Notes under the pieces: model-generated | The model's database searches: none | What the model was told of the DNA's origin: nothing | Seen by the model: the letters and a program-made list of their open reading frames with translations, nothing else | NCBI GenBank assembly: GCA_025786725.1 | Contig: JAHLTZ010000026.1 | Location: 186,001 to 250,000, forward strand | Source: Syncephalis fuscata S228 | Lineage: Eukaryota; Fungi; Zoopagomycota | Length of the DNA stretch: 64,000 nucleotides | Direction: 5' to 3' | Part shown: one piece after another, positions 38,774 to 51,297 of the stretch | Numbering within the stretch: the first letter of the stretch is position 1 | How the letters are laid out: every line of letters starts with the position of its first letter | Translations under genes and position numbers: made by a program

Positions 38774-41403
38774 ATGGAACACCAGCTTGGGCATACAGCT
38801 GCTTTGGACGGTGGAACGGCGCCGCCTTCTAACGTATTTTTAAACAATAACGATATATCCTATGACGACAGTGTACATGCGCGCCCTCGCTCTATTGCTT
38901 CATCGCGCTCACGTTCTCCTGTAAGAGGAAGATCCCGTTCACCAAGAGGATCGCGATCTCGTTCTCGCTCACCTTCTCGTTCTCGTTCAAGACCTAGTCG
39001 CAGCCGTAGCCGTAGCCGTAGCTATAGTCGCAGCCGTAGCAGAAGTCGCAGCCGTAGCTGGAGTCGAAGTCCCAGTCCAGGTCGTAATTTCGGCCAGCAG
39101 CGGTATTCGCGCGATTGGCAACGACGACCCTATGGCGCACGACAGCGTTCACGTAGTTTTAGTCGCGATCGTCGACAACGTTCGCCAGTTTCAGGCCCGT
39201 ACGGTAGGGCGGTATAGGTGGTGGCGGTGCTGGCCCTTCTAGTGGTGTATATGCTTCGGGGCCTTCTGGCGGTCGTTACAGTGATTATAGAAGCGGGCAT
39301 TATTCCGCGTCACGTGGTGCCTATGGCGATCGACGTAACAGTGGCAGCGGCTATTCTGGCCACTCGCTCTACAACTCAAATCGTGATTTAAATGGGCCGC
39401 GAGGGGGTGGCAATAACGGCACCGATATACTTGCAAATTATATTTGGGGCAAAAAGTCACGCCATGAATGTCGTGTGTATATTGGCAATCTTGCATATAG
39501 AGTTCGGCTGGAAGAGTTGCGTGATTTTATGGAACAAGGTAGGCGATAAATGGTATCTATATGTATTGTTGTTAAGCGTTGTAAATTCACTTATTATTTA
39601 CAGCAGGCGAAGTTGTTTACGTTGAAATTATGACAATGCCTGGTGGACGATCCAAAGGCTGTGGGTAAGTTGGCTAGACAGTATTGGACTAGTATTGACG
39701 CATTTAAAATGGCAGAGTCGTAGAATATAGAGATGCAGATGATGCAGCTAGAGCAATTCGTAAACTGCATGATTTGCCGCTATTGGGTCGTCCTGCTTTT
39801 GTACGAGAAGTAAGTTGTTATACTCGAGCGTTGTAGATTAATACTAATTATTGCTAATAATTAGGATCGAGAAGTAGATGATCTACGGCCTTCGTTTGAA
39901 GCAGATTCCGTTGCTAGTCGAGAACTGTTATTAAGTAATGTAAGTGAATGTAAAGGTAATTATGCTTATAATACTGCTAGCTGATTATTTGATGGTGTAG
40001 TTGCCAGATAAGCTTAGCTGGCAGCAAATCAAGGATTTATTTAAGAACGTGGGGCGTGTTGAACGAGCCGACTTGAATGTAGATGGCATGGGTCGACCTG
40101 ATGGCACTGCTACCGCATTAATGACCTCAACGGCCGATGCACGCGATGCTATTCGTAAGTAAAGTTAATTAGTACAATAATTACTTACCATTAGTTGTAA
40201 ATAGGTATTTACAACGGCTATGAATGGCACGGAAAACATATTGCTGTCAGTTTTGCACGGGCTCGGCCCGCGCCAGAATCTACCTCTACCTTTAATTCGT
40301 CTAATACTGCGTCATTGCCACCACCACCACCAAAAACAATAGACCGGCATCGTATACCACGTAGTCGATCGCGTTCACCAGCTTTTGCACGCAATGATTA
40401 TGGACGGGATGGATATGTGTATCGTTCTAGATCTCCTTTTCCTCCACCACGCGGACGTTCACGTTCACCGTCTCCATTGCGTGGACATGATTACAAATCG
40501 ACAGATATATCTTCCTCAATAAGCGGAGGTCGATATAATGACAGAAGTTATGGTGCACCACCACCACCGGCAGCAGCAGCAGCAGCAGCAGCACCACCTT
40601 CATCGATGTCGGGAGGATATCAAAGTTATTCAGGCCTGCCACCACCGCCTAACATGTCATATTCAGGCCATAGTCGATCATCTTTCTCTAATAATGGTGG
40701 CTATGGCGCACCTAGTCACAATATAGGACCTCCTTCTGCTACACCAAATCCTGGGCTATTTGTAAGAAATGTAAGTGAGTTATGATTGGCGACAAAGTAT
40801 AGTTGTATAGCAATTTAGGCATGATGGAGATATTGGTGGCGCTAATGGTGGCTTTAATGTAAATAATACAACAAATGAGATATGATACGATTCAGTATAT
40901 GAGTTGCACAAACAAACTAAAAATTACAAAGCAGAAAGGTATAATAATGCAAAAGTAAATAGAAGCTGTAAATCAATTGCTATTTATTGAAGCTAAGCAC
41001 TTGGATCATTTTGGCGCTTTTTATTGTTCTAGTTGATTTTTAAATCCTAATAGAATGACACTAATTACCATTGCATCCATTAGCTTCCTTATTCTACTAC
41101 CGACAATGATTTGATCGAGTTATTCCGTACATGTGGTAGGTGCACAATGGTTTCTTAAATTTGCGAATTGCTAATTGTCTGTTCTATAGGTAATATCGTC
41201 CACGCAGAAATTCTAATGCCTCATGGTACACCGCGTGGATGCGGGATTGTTCGCTTTGATTGTGTCGAATCTGCAGAACGTGCCATTTGTAAGTGAATAT
41301 TACATGCCATCTATTTAATTGCTTATAATGTCAACTAGCCAAGTTATCCGGCTATGTGTACGGCGGCCGAGCATTGGATTTGCGGTATGATCGATTTAAC
41401 TAA
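38774..41403 (+). CDS. GBP2: SR-like RNA-binding protein with RS domain and three RRMs (Gbp2/Hrb1 family), multi-exon
   Basis: RS repeats; RRM1 RVYIGNL..SKGCGVVEY..GRPAFVREDRE; RRM2 SWQQIKDLF; RRM3 LFVRNLPYSTTDNDLIELF..GYVYGGRAL. Frameshift(s) around 39210. Confidence 0.85.
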
Positions 41404-41984
41404 CCATCTTACGATGGAACAACTGCATGTTAAATATCCAATACTTTGCAACTATTAGCGATGCATTTGCATTGTTATAATTCAAATTATATTCAATTTG
41501 CAAATTCATCATCCAATCCATGTACGCGTCACAATTAAATTAAAATAACATTATATCTAGTTTATGATTGGCGCTGCGTGTTGTTGAATACTGTTTAAGA
41601 TACATGTAAACATTAAGCATTTTAATTGCTAATGAAAACATTAATGAAAGCATTGTAGTGCACTATTAATAAATCAATATCGGCATAACATTTTTAGCTT
41701 TAAATTCAATTAAACTTGTAGTAATGTTTCTATATGTATATAACAATATTAAGCATGTCTAGCTTGCAGTTAATCTTTAACATAACTAAAATAAACACAA
41801 CAATATTGAATTGATGTTTAATTTACACTAAACCATCTGTCCAGCGACGATCATACTATCATATTGTAACAATTAATGTTTATTTTTGAAACATAACAGG
41901 TTATGATGGTAATAGTAGTTGAAAATAATTAGAAGAAAAAAGCATAGATTAAAAACAGTCAATAATTCGTCGGTCTACATTGGC

Positions 41985-44231
41985 TTAAATGTATCGACCG
42001 GGATGGGCTTCATACATTTCTCGAGAGGTAAGTACGGATATATTAGACATTCTAGAATTGTTTGATGTTGTATAATCCTGTGCAATTGTAGTGTTGGCAC
42101 TTGACGCCACTGGTAGTCCAGACCTTTGAACAGTGGTGTTTGCTACCGATACTGCTGTTGGAAACTTGCTGAATCTAATATTGGCAACGAGCTGACCTTC
42201 ATAGTTATTCAAGGCCTGCTCTTCAAGTTCCATAGCCTCAGCTGTTTCCTCCAGATGTGGTAGTTCAACAATACTTTGAAGAGCGCAATCGGGCTGATTA
42301 GAGAACGGATTTTCCGTGTTGATGGCAGATTCAGTGGCAGGTGCGTTAAGTGTAAAGTCGAATGGCTCTGTGGCCGACATAATAGGTTCCAATGGCCTGG
42401 CATTAATTGATTTGGCAATGGCAACAGACATTTCCTGCAAAGATTTGTTTGGTCCCACTGTCTGCTGTTTGGTAGTTTGGTAGCTTAAAAGCTCTTCACT
42501 TGAAATTTCATCAAATCTCTCGTTACATGTTTGTTCTTCGCGATTTTGCTTGCGCCAATTCTGACAAAATAAAATGCCAATTAATCCTTCCTGCTTCGAA
42601 GACTCATCGCTATCGGTTTGATCGCATAGTGTATCATCGTTGCTTAATGAGTACTCGCCAGTCTTGTTCAAATCATTGCTATCGCTAAATGATCCTATAC
42701 TTTTAATTGGATGCTTGTTGTTCATAAGCTGATGTACACTACGATTTGTTCCTAAGTATTTCTTGTTGGATGAATGATTTTCATTAAACTTTAGCTGATC
42801 CTTCGATGTATACGATTTGGCGTCCCATTTTGAATCATAAACTGCGCGCTTAGGTATTTTAACACCCAGTATACAAAGAATGGCAACAACTCGTACAAGT
42901 GAAATAGTATTACGGAAGAGCATCATGAAGTAGACAAACTTATAATAGGAAACAAGATCATTGGATTTACCTAGGATGATGTTTAAAAGTGCGTTGGCTA
43001 AAAATGATAAAAAGCCGATTAAAGAGAGAAGGAAAAGTTCCATGAATTTGTCGCGGACCATATGAAAGCGATACCAACCATAAGCAAATTTTATGGCCAG
43101 CAAAGCGAATATTGCGGCAATTGTAAATTCCATTACCTGAAGAATTATTGAGGCCACATAGTTGATTCTAGCAGTCTTTTGATTATCAGCGTATGTGTAC
43201 ATAAATCGAACAATTGCCCAAAAGATAACGTGGACAATGGCAAAAGCCAACGTTCCGTAACATTGGAGTTTGAGCAATAAAACGATTTTGCCTGGGTAAA
43301 ACTGATTTAGACGTTGAGCCCACAATAATAACATAAACAAAAATGCTATGGTGCTTAAAAGTGAAGTAATCTGCCACATAACAGTATTGAAAAATCCAGG
43401 ACCAAAAATAATTTGCGTATTCAAATACAAGACACCGGTCAATAAGCCAAGTGCGTAAATATAGACTTTTGATCCCAGTCTTAGTTTACCAGGTCGGAAA
43501 CGTAATAAAAACACGAGGCGGCCTAGCGTGTAAGTTATTACAATAACGCCAATGGAAAACAATATCCAGCAGTAAGCAATATATCCAGTGCTAAATAATA
43601 CGTCATTCCATAGACCTGGCTCATATCGAAAATTAAAAGTGATGGATATAGCTTGTGCAGTGTCCATTAGTTGCTTATAGCGTGCTCCATCGGCAACATT
43701 TATAAACGCAATGTCGATTTCTGGCGCTCCATCAGCTAATCGCCCATTTATAGATTCATATGGCAAATCATACGGACCAGCATTATTTGTTGGATCTAGA
43801 ATCATGAACATGATACGAAACGGCGGGAATACTCCTGATGGGACTGATTTCATAAAATCGGCAGCAGCGGCAGCAGCTTGGGTATATGTTTCGCAGCCAT
43901 TATGGTTAGCGTGTGTCCAGGTAACCATCATGCCCGAAGACTGGTAAAAGTTGGTGAGGTTTGATTGTTGCAAGCTTTCAAGAAGAGGCGGCGATACCGA
44001 CATAAATCGGCATTTGGACTCCATTGGCCATACTATGGTAACTCCACGAACTTCTTTATAGTGTGGAGCTGTTTGTAAAAAACCAACAGTATTAATATTG
44101 AGCGTGGGGCTTGTTTCGCTTGAATTTGCAGAATTAAACTGGAAAACAACATTGGCCGTCACATGGAAAGTCAATAAAGTAAAATAGAAAAAAACTGATG
44201 CTAGCCGACCAAGCGGCAATGTAAAATGCAT
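41985..44231 (-). CDS. Intronless 748 aa orphan receptor-like protein: signal peptide, ~190 aa ectodomain, seven hydrophobic helices, long polar C-tail
   Basis: One ORF; seven TM-length hydrophobic segments between YIAYCWILF and VVAILCILGV; ectodomain ends PEIDIAFINVADGARY (PA-domain-like, tentative). Confidence 0.75.
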   Translation of the reverse strand: MHFTLPLGRLASVFFYFTLLTFHVTANVVFQFNSANSSETSPTLNINTVGFLQTAPHYKEVRGVTIVWPMESKCRFMSVSPPLLESLQQSNLTNFYQSSGMMVTWTHANHNGCETYTQAAAAAADFMKSVPSGVFPPFRIMFMILDPTNNAGPYDLPYESINGRLADGAPEIDIAFINVADGARYKQLMDTAQAISITFNFRYEPGLWNDVLFSTGYIAYCWILFSIGVIVITYTLGRLVFLLRFRPGKLRLGSKVYIYALGLLTGVLYLNTQIIFGPGFFNTVMWQITSLLSTIAFLFMLLLWAQRLNQFYPGKIVLLLKLQCYGTLAFAIVHVIFWAIVRFMYTYADNQKTARINYVASIILQVMEFTIAAIFALLAIKFAYGWYRFHMVRDKFMELFLLSLIGFLSFLANALLNIILGKSNDLVSYYKFVYFMMLFRNTISLVRVVAILCILGVKIPKRAVYDSKWDAKSYTSKDQLKFNENHSSNKKYLGTNRSVHQLMNNKHPIKSIGSFSDSNDLNKTGEYSLSNDDTLCDQTDSDESSKQEGLIGILFCQNWRKQNREEQTCNERFDEISSEELLSYQTTKQQTVGPNKSLQEMSVAIAKSINARPLEPIMSATEPFDFTLNAPATESAINTENPFSNQPDCALQSIVELPHLEETAEAMELEEQALNNYEGQLVANIRFSKFPTAVSVANTTVQRSGLPVASSANTTIAQDYTTSNNSRMSNISVLTSREMYEAHPGRYI

Positions 44232-45462
44232 GGTATCAAGAAAATGGAATGAATAGTCGATGGTACCGTTTTCAAAATAAGCTAGCGATACAAATACTAT
44301 CCGTCAATGTGTAGATGCACGTATACACGTGTGGGTTGGGTTTGGGCCAGCTAGCTAGTGACACGTCCTTAACAAAGAAAGACAATCAATTTAGTAGAAA
44401 AAATACGGGTGCATCTGCCACTAAAATACTGGTAATATAGATAATTAATTATAAGCGTTCAACGCTTAAAGGCTGCAGGGACTTGATGCTGAAACCAGAT
44501 AACAAAGGAACTGCTTTCAGTTGGCAAATACGCGTCAATAACGAATATTAAAATCCAAAATGGAGTATATATGGTATAATGCTAGGCACAGTTATTGAGA
44601 AATAAAACTGATAATAACGGAAATGCGAGGAAATAAAAAATGCGAAAGATAGGGGATCAGGCCGATTAAAAGCCAACGATATACTTGCGAACGTTAGGCG
44701 TAGGGGACATCACGTGTAACGTTGGCGGACACTAAGCCTCGTTTTTCTATACAATGTAACAGAAGTGTCCGTAGAAAAAAGCACATTCTGCAGAGCTATA
44801 CGACAATCACAAGATGATACAATCGATTGGAACGGGGATCATTTACAAGGTGAGCGTAAGTTTAAACCATATAATTTCTATTGTATAAAGGACCTCGCGG
44901 CTCTTTTTCTCGACATATCGTCGATCGCGTACCATAGCCATTTGAATAATCAGTCAAATAAATAGCTATTTAAAGTCTTTATAAATATTGCGCTGTCCAC
45001 TTTTTTTGGTCGATCGTAGTCTGCAATAATTGACATCGTGTCTTTTTTCCCAAATAATGCCATATCCGTAAAGAATAGTCTCAGATGCACAGCTGGCATT
45101 TCAACATCTTAAGCAAAAAGCGCCTCATAGTATCTTATTGTTTTTCTTTTAACAGATAAGCACACTAGCGGCAGGTATACATATTAGTTGGTACTCATTG
45201 ATATGCATAAGCATAGGCTTGAGACAGACGGATCGTTTGTCCATATGGTCTGGCCTTGTCTTTTAAAACAACGTTTTGATTACAGCATAACTTGTTTATG
45301 CAATAATAGGTGTAGCTAAAATTATCATTGTTATAAACCAGACATTAAATGAATACCAGCGTTGATAATTAATAGCGGGGTACTAAATTATTAATAAAAA
45401 CCATTTTACTCTGAGTCCCCATCCTTAAACTGAAGGACAAAAATATTCATAACTCAAATAAG

Positions 45463-46090
45463 CCGTCGATCAATTCTTACTACTGAAAAGTGCTATTTGT
45501 TGTAGTGCCACATCAACTTTAATTAAATCAATCAAAGTCTTAATTAGTCTGCACTATTTTCAATATCCGATATCAGTGTTAATAAATGTTATAGTATTTC
45601 GTGTTGCTTACAATAAAATGTTATGATTTAATTATAATGTTGATGCAACAGTGTCAGTTTGATTTCTTATAATAGCAGGTGGTAAAAATCAAAAGGCTTT
45701 GGCTCACCACTAGCCATTGTACTGAATACAGTGCATGTTTCTGCTGGCATTAACAGCATGTTATTTATTCATTCATATAAATTATTGGTCTATTACTCCA
45801 TCTTCTAGAATATGACTATGTTTTATTATTTTAATAATAGCACTACTTATAACTCCATTTGCCTTTAAAAACATTGGCTTTGATTGTATTTCCTATTACA
45901 CTCAGTAATTTATTGGTAGTATGTTCTATAACAACGACTTTTAGTATTAAATGGCTTTAATGCTTTTATTATACATTTTTTTATTGATAAGCATGTTCTA
46001 TACTAATAACTTGAATAGTAAACCGTCGATCAGTTTTTACTACTGAAAAGTGTGATTTGTTGCAGTAGTGTTATGTCAACTTTATTTGAA
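45463..46090. repeat. Pair of ~60 bp diverged direct repeats (45463-45525 and 46023-46090)
   Basis: ccgtcgatca-tt-ttactactgaaaagtg--atttgttg-agt..tcaacttt in both copies. Confidence 0.65.
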
Positions 46091-46985
46091 TAATCCAATA
46101 GCAAGTAGCAGATGATTCAAGTATTGTAGGCTGGCGTAATTACAACTGGCTGAACTTTGACTCCCACATTTAAAGTCTTTAAAGTAAAGTTCGTTCCAAT
46201 TAAAGTCATGCTGTTATGCACAGCAAACACAGTTATAAAGTTTATTTAATTTCATTAAAACATTTAAGGCTGATTGTTGTTGTTGTTGACCATGCGTAGA
46301 AAGATTGATTGAATACTGATAAAAGCCACTGATCGCGATTCCATATTGTTCCGTATTTGTTGTTATTGTTACTACGTACAGCATGGATTCTTGCATTTTA
46401 ATGGTTGTTCTATTTTCCAATCTTTTATTGTAGTATTTTGGGCATATTTGCAATGTAAAATACTCGTCTATAATGAAAGGAGGGTAGAACGACTAGTGTT
46501 TCTGATGTTCACTATTCTCCTGAGCATTGTTGATATCAACTTGGTAAACGCAGATGCTTTGCTAACCATTGATGAAGCAAATCGGCCTCCATCATACGCA
46601 ATAATGATAGGTTAAGTGTCTTTACCAAAAAGATATTGTGGCGAAAACTGTAACCAGAATATGCGGCATGCTGTTGAGGTTACTTGAACAGGTGTTGATG
46701 TAAAATAAAAGAAATAAAGACTAGGGATTAAATAATATTCTTTATTGATGTTCAAATACACATGTTATTTGTATTGTTATATCCAACATTATAATATAAT
46801 ACATTACTAAATAGAATAATAAGATAGTAATAACAAAAGAAAGTGAAATGAATAAATAAAAAATGTAGGAGTCAAAGTACAGTAGTTCCGAAATTTAATG
46901 TAAATTATAATTTTTTAATAAAAATAATTAATTAATTTGTTACGTTTTTATTTTTCTTGTCGCGTCGTGTTGTGTGCTGTTCATA

Positions 46986-47879
46986 ATGCTGCCATCGTCG
47001 CGTCGACTTTTCCAACGGTGTGCACGCTCGTTTGCCACTGCTTCAACCGCTAATCGTATTGCGTTAAAGTCACCGCGTATTGTTGTTGGCACGATTCTTT
47101 CGCGTCCACCTCAAATCACCCGCGATCTAACCGATTTCGAAACGGCATACTTTGAAAATCGACAAAACGATGCTCGTGCTTCAGCGCCGGCATTCCCCAT
47201 AGAGTTTTACTTTAAAAAGGGCAGCGAAACGGAACGATTATGGCAGCAACGAGAACGCGGCGAATTACCTGCCGAAACATGGGAACAGATGCGTTCTCAA
47301 ATTGAAGGAAAGCAGATTGAACTAACAAAACGCGAAGCACCAGCCGACGAGTACGGACCACGCCAATCGCTAAATAGATCGTTAAAGGATAATCTTTATT
47401 TGGTTGTTAAACGTAATCGCGCCCAATATCAATGGCAATTTCCACAAGGTGGCTTAGAGTCTGAAGAGTTTCTACACCAGGTAAATAGCCAAGTGCTATA
47501 GCCAACTGACTTGTATGACTGACTTTGACTAGGCGGCAAAACGTGAGCTAGTCGAGGAATGCGGGCCTGATATGGATGTCTGGTATGTTGGCCGCCGTCC
47601 AGTTGGCTTCCATCAGTATGCCTACCCATCCGAACATATCAAATCATTTCCTGAACATGACGGAGCAAAGGTTAGCAAATAAAATCGATTGCCGAATTAA
47701 ACGGCTAACATCAAGCATAACTATAGGTATTTTTCATGAAAGCTCATATATTTGCAGGCCAGGTAAAGGTTGACGGCAAAGAGGTGGTCGATTACGCTTG
47801 GCTGACCAAGCATGAATTGGCTCAAGTTCTAGAGCCTGATTATTACGCTGCGATAAAGAATCTGCTCTATTTTCGTTAA
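46986..47879 (+). CDS. MRPL46: Mitochondrial ribosomal protein mL46 (MRPL46 / yeast MrpL17), 3 exons
   Basis: Arg/Ser-rich presequence, ILSRPPQITRDLTDFE, FPIEFYFKKGSETE, SLNRSLKDNLYLVVK..WQFPQG, VFFMKAHIFAGQV..DYAWLTK. Confidence 0.9.
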
Positions 47880-47908
47880 TTAAACAAATAATAAATCATC
47901 GTAAACTA

Positions 47909-47909
<1 letters not shown>

Positions 47910-47939
<30 letters not shown>
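47910..47939. repeat. (TTA)n microsatellite between convergent mL46 and CDC27 3' ends
   Basis: Directly visible trinucleotide run. Confidence 0.85.
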
Positions 47940-47940
<1 letters not shown>

Positions 47941-47972
47941 GTATAATATGCGCGTATTTACAGAAACAAATA

Positions 47973-50593
47973 TTAAACAAAAACTGATTCATCACCGCCA
48001 CCGCCCACCGTCAATACTGTTGTATCATCGTCAGTTTGTGTGGTATTTTCATCCATACGTTGGATTGCCTCCAGAATGACGTGACGACGTCGTGTGGCCA
48101 AATTTAGTGCCCAAGTATAGTGGCGCAATGCCGACTTCCGATCACCAAGTCTTTGGTAAACATGGCCAGTAAAAGGTGAATATTTGCCTCACGCGGTGTT
48201 AACTGATAAGCTGCAGTCAATTCCTTAAGTGCATCGTCATTTCGGCCCAGTTCCATCAATGCTTTTGCATATTTGAATCGTACCAATGTACTGCGTGGAT
48301 CTACTTGTGAAGCACGGGCATATACCATTGCTGCACGTTCTCGGTCGTGTAATCGCTCGTAAACCATGCCCAAACAGCAGATTAATGCTGGATTAGTCGA
48401 ATGAATGGCAATAGCTCGTAGGAAGTGCTTTTCCGCCATATCTGGTCGGTCAAGTCGCAAATAAACCATACCGAGGCCGTACCTAATAGTATAACCATCA
48501 TTACGCGTTAATAGAGTTACATAGTATAGTGGATGTGTTTGCTTATTACCATGCATTGTAATGCCTCGAGTCAAGTCGAATCGCTTTTCGATAATAAGTC
48601 TGAGCATGATCCCAATCTTCTTCTGAAAATCGCTCATGTCCACAGAGCGTATAGGCATAGGCGAAAGCTGGGTCCAGTTTAATAGCCCGTTCAAAACACT
48701 TTAATGCGTTATTTCTATCTCTTTGTAAGCTGAAACAATTGCCAAGAGCACACCATGCCTGAGGACTTTTGCGGTTCATATCAATTAGTTCTCGGGCTAA
48801 TGCGGATATTTTGGCATCACGGTGTAAATGCCATAGTAGCGTTGAGTAATATTCCTGACCGTCCATACGATACGGTTCACGTTCTCGAATCTGTCTAAAC
48901 AACGCTTCCGCCTTTACTTCAATTAGTCTATAAGGAATCTAAATAGAGATAGGCAGCTAACCTCGTTATAGTTGGACATTTCAAAATAAGCGCGTGCCTT
49001 TTGAGTGCAGACCCATCCTGAAGAGCTCTGTGTTTCTGGAAGTTGCGCAAACGCATCAATAGCCCGTTGACATCGATAATGAGCAAGATGCCAAATACCA
49101 ATAGCCATATTTCTCAATAGCTGAGAAAGCTCCGTAAAAGTCGATTGTTCTATCGACAGCGATGGTCCATTTTGATGATCTATAATACTGTTAGTTTATA
49201 ATTAAATAAAAATAGCACATATATACCTATTGTTAAAACTTCTGAGGCAGCTGATGTAGTGTCAATTCGGTATGTGCTTTCCATCGTATCTTGTTCGTGG
49301 CTTGAATCAATACGTGCAAGCTACAAATAATCTGGTTAATCTCAAACAATATTAGTACAAATTTGTCATACTTTCTGTCTTTCTTGTATTTCTTCCATGC
49401 TATCACTGCGGGCCGTAAATGTTCGTTTAGCGCTTTTATTTGTAGATGCAGTTTTATCCATCTGTAATATGTCATTAATAAATCAATGGCTTTTTTGTAG
49501 TTTTACCTTGTGCTTGCCAGTTTGACGAGCAGCTGTTGATTTATTGGCCAATTTGGTTTTTGTTTTGCTACATTAATATTTACTGTCAGATGCAGTTTAA
49601 CGATTGGAATGCATTACTTACCGGTTAGTGACATGAATATAGATACCACCATTCGTTCCATCGTCAATAGATTGATTATCTACATTGTATAGCTCCTTTT
49701 CTTCATTGAACTTGGTAGTATTATTGTCTGGTATTTCATCGTTATCATTATCTGACTGTTTAAATGTATTGTAAAGCAAATCGGCCTTAAAATAGCCTTT
49801 AATTTCAGCTTCTTCAACAGCTATTTCTGTATCTGATAAACCTGTAGTTGTAAACTGATCAAATCCTTGTAGCTGTTCGTTTCTAGCGTCTCCAACACGG
49901 TACAGAGTTTCAAATGCATGCCATAAAAATGGATTGAGTTTTAATGCCTTTTGAGCAGTATTTTGAGCTAGATCAACACGGCCCAATTTACTATTCGTAA
50001 TAATATGTAAAACGGTCTAATTTAAATAAACAACAAACAACACTTACCGATAGACAGATGCTAATAAAGAATAAACAGCAGCCATATCTGGCTGTGCACA
50101 TCGATACTTGTTTGCGTTATATCCTAGATTCATTGGTTGTTATTATCCCTAATATTATTATAACTACAAGTATGGTACATACTAAGATAAGTCGATTCAT
50201 AGGCCAGCTTGTCATTTTGGCCATCGTCTGTATTTAATGTATCGGACACTGTATTCTCATCATTTTCTATTTCTTCTTTGTCGCTGATAAGAGATGTCAA
50301 AGCATTCTCGGCTTCAGATAGATTGTCCAGTTTTACTGCACACCATGCAAACAAATAACGACAAGCAGAGAACGTATTGCCACGTAATAGTTCATACGCT
50401 GCCTTGGTTTGTCCCACAGCACAATAACATCGGGCTAACAGATGAGCATGAACAGGATTACTTGGTTCATAAGCTAGCAATCTCTCGGCAAAGAATAGTG
50501 CATTATTAGCAACATTTGATCAAGTGAATAATAAATGACATCTTGTAAGCGAGCCGCCAACAGGCTGCCTACATTCGTTTCAAGCTGAGCCAT
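47973..50593 (-). CDS. CDC27: Anaphase-promoting complex TPR subunit Cdc27/APC3, multi-exon, frameshifts
   Basis: EYYSTLLWHL, SPQAWCALGNCFSLQRD..ALKCFERAIKLDPAFAYAYTLCGHE, RHYNAWYGLGMVY, ALKLNPFLWHAFETL. Confidence 0.92.
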
Positions 50594-51297
50594 TCTGGTT
50601 GTTGTACTAACGGCGAAGGGTACATGTGCCGATTCACGTCAAAGCGTTTATAAACTAAATAAACGGAATAGAGATGTGATAAAGTAAACAAAGAGTTGAA
50701 ATTGTGTGTAATAATGCGCGAATAAATGCGTGTTTAACACAATCTACTGTTTAGTTTGATGGTTAAACATATAACACTATGATTGCTACAATATATTGTT
50801 TAAAGCAGAACTGATTATATTGTACAGTTATTATTGAGTTAATTAGATGTATATATATAGTAGTTGTAATGCTAATAGTGTTGCTAGATAGTCTGACTAT
50901 TAATCATTAATAGCTAGTATAAAAACCATGTTCATTAAATACTAAATAAATGGCGATAGTTTCCGTATCGCTAGCAAATCGTGCTTTATTAATATCATAT
51001 CTTGTATAAAACATTATTTAACAGTTTATATACAGCAAAAAATGCATTAAATGCCACGTATGCTAATAACTTGGATTTATCGATAGGAACCGGTAATACG
51101 CTTTTTATGGATCTGATTGGTCTCTACAGAATTGTTACTATGATGTTAATAATGAGCTCATTTATCGGAGTTCTGCTATATTTTCCTTTTCCCGTCTCCT
51201 CTTTTCGACTATTTTACAACGATTGTTATCTGGTAAAAACGGCCTATTAAACACGTACTAGGGCGTATGCATTTATTGCTAGGCGATAAATAGCATT

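Noticed and set aside
38900-39080. AGCCGT-type tandem repeats as a CRISPR-like or satellite array
   Set aside because: They encode the Arg-Ser repeats of the SR-like protein; there are no unique spacers and the context is eukaryotic.
40771-41083. snoRNA in the long GBP2 intron
   Set aside because: No proper box C/box D pair or terminal stem was found.
44311-44418. Inverted pair gtagatgcacgtat / atacgggtgcatctgc upstream of the 7TM gene
   Set aside because: Short, imperfect and unsupported by any other feature; could be chance.
46214-46690. ORFs 46214-46453 (-) and 46346-46615 (+) as genes
   Set aside because: No coherent start, splice structure or domain; at best decayed coding or repeat sequence.
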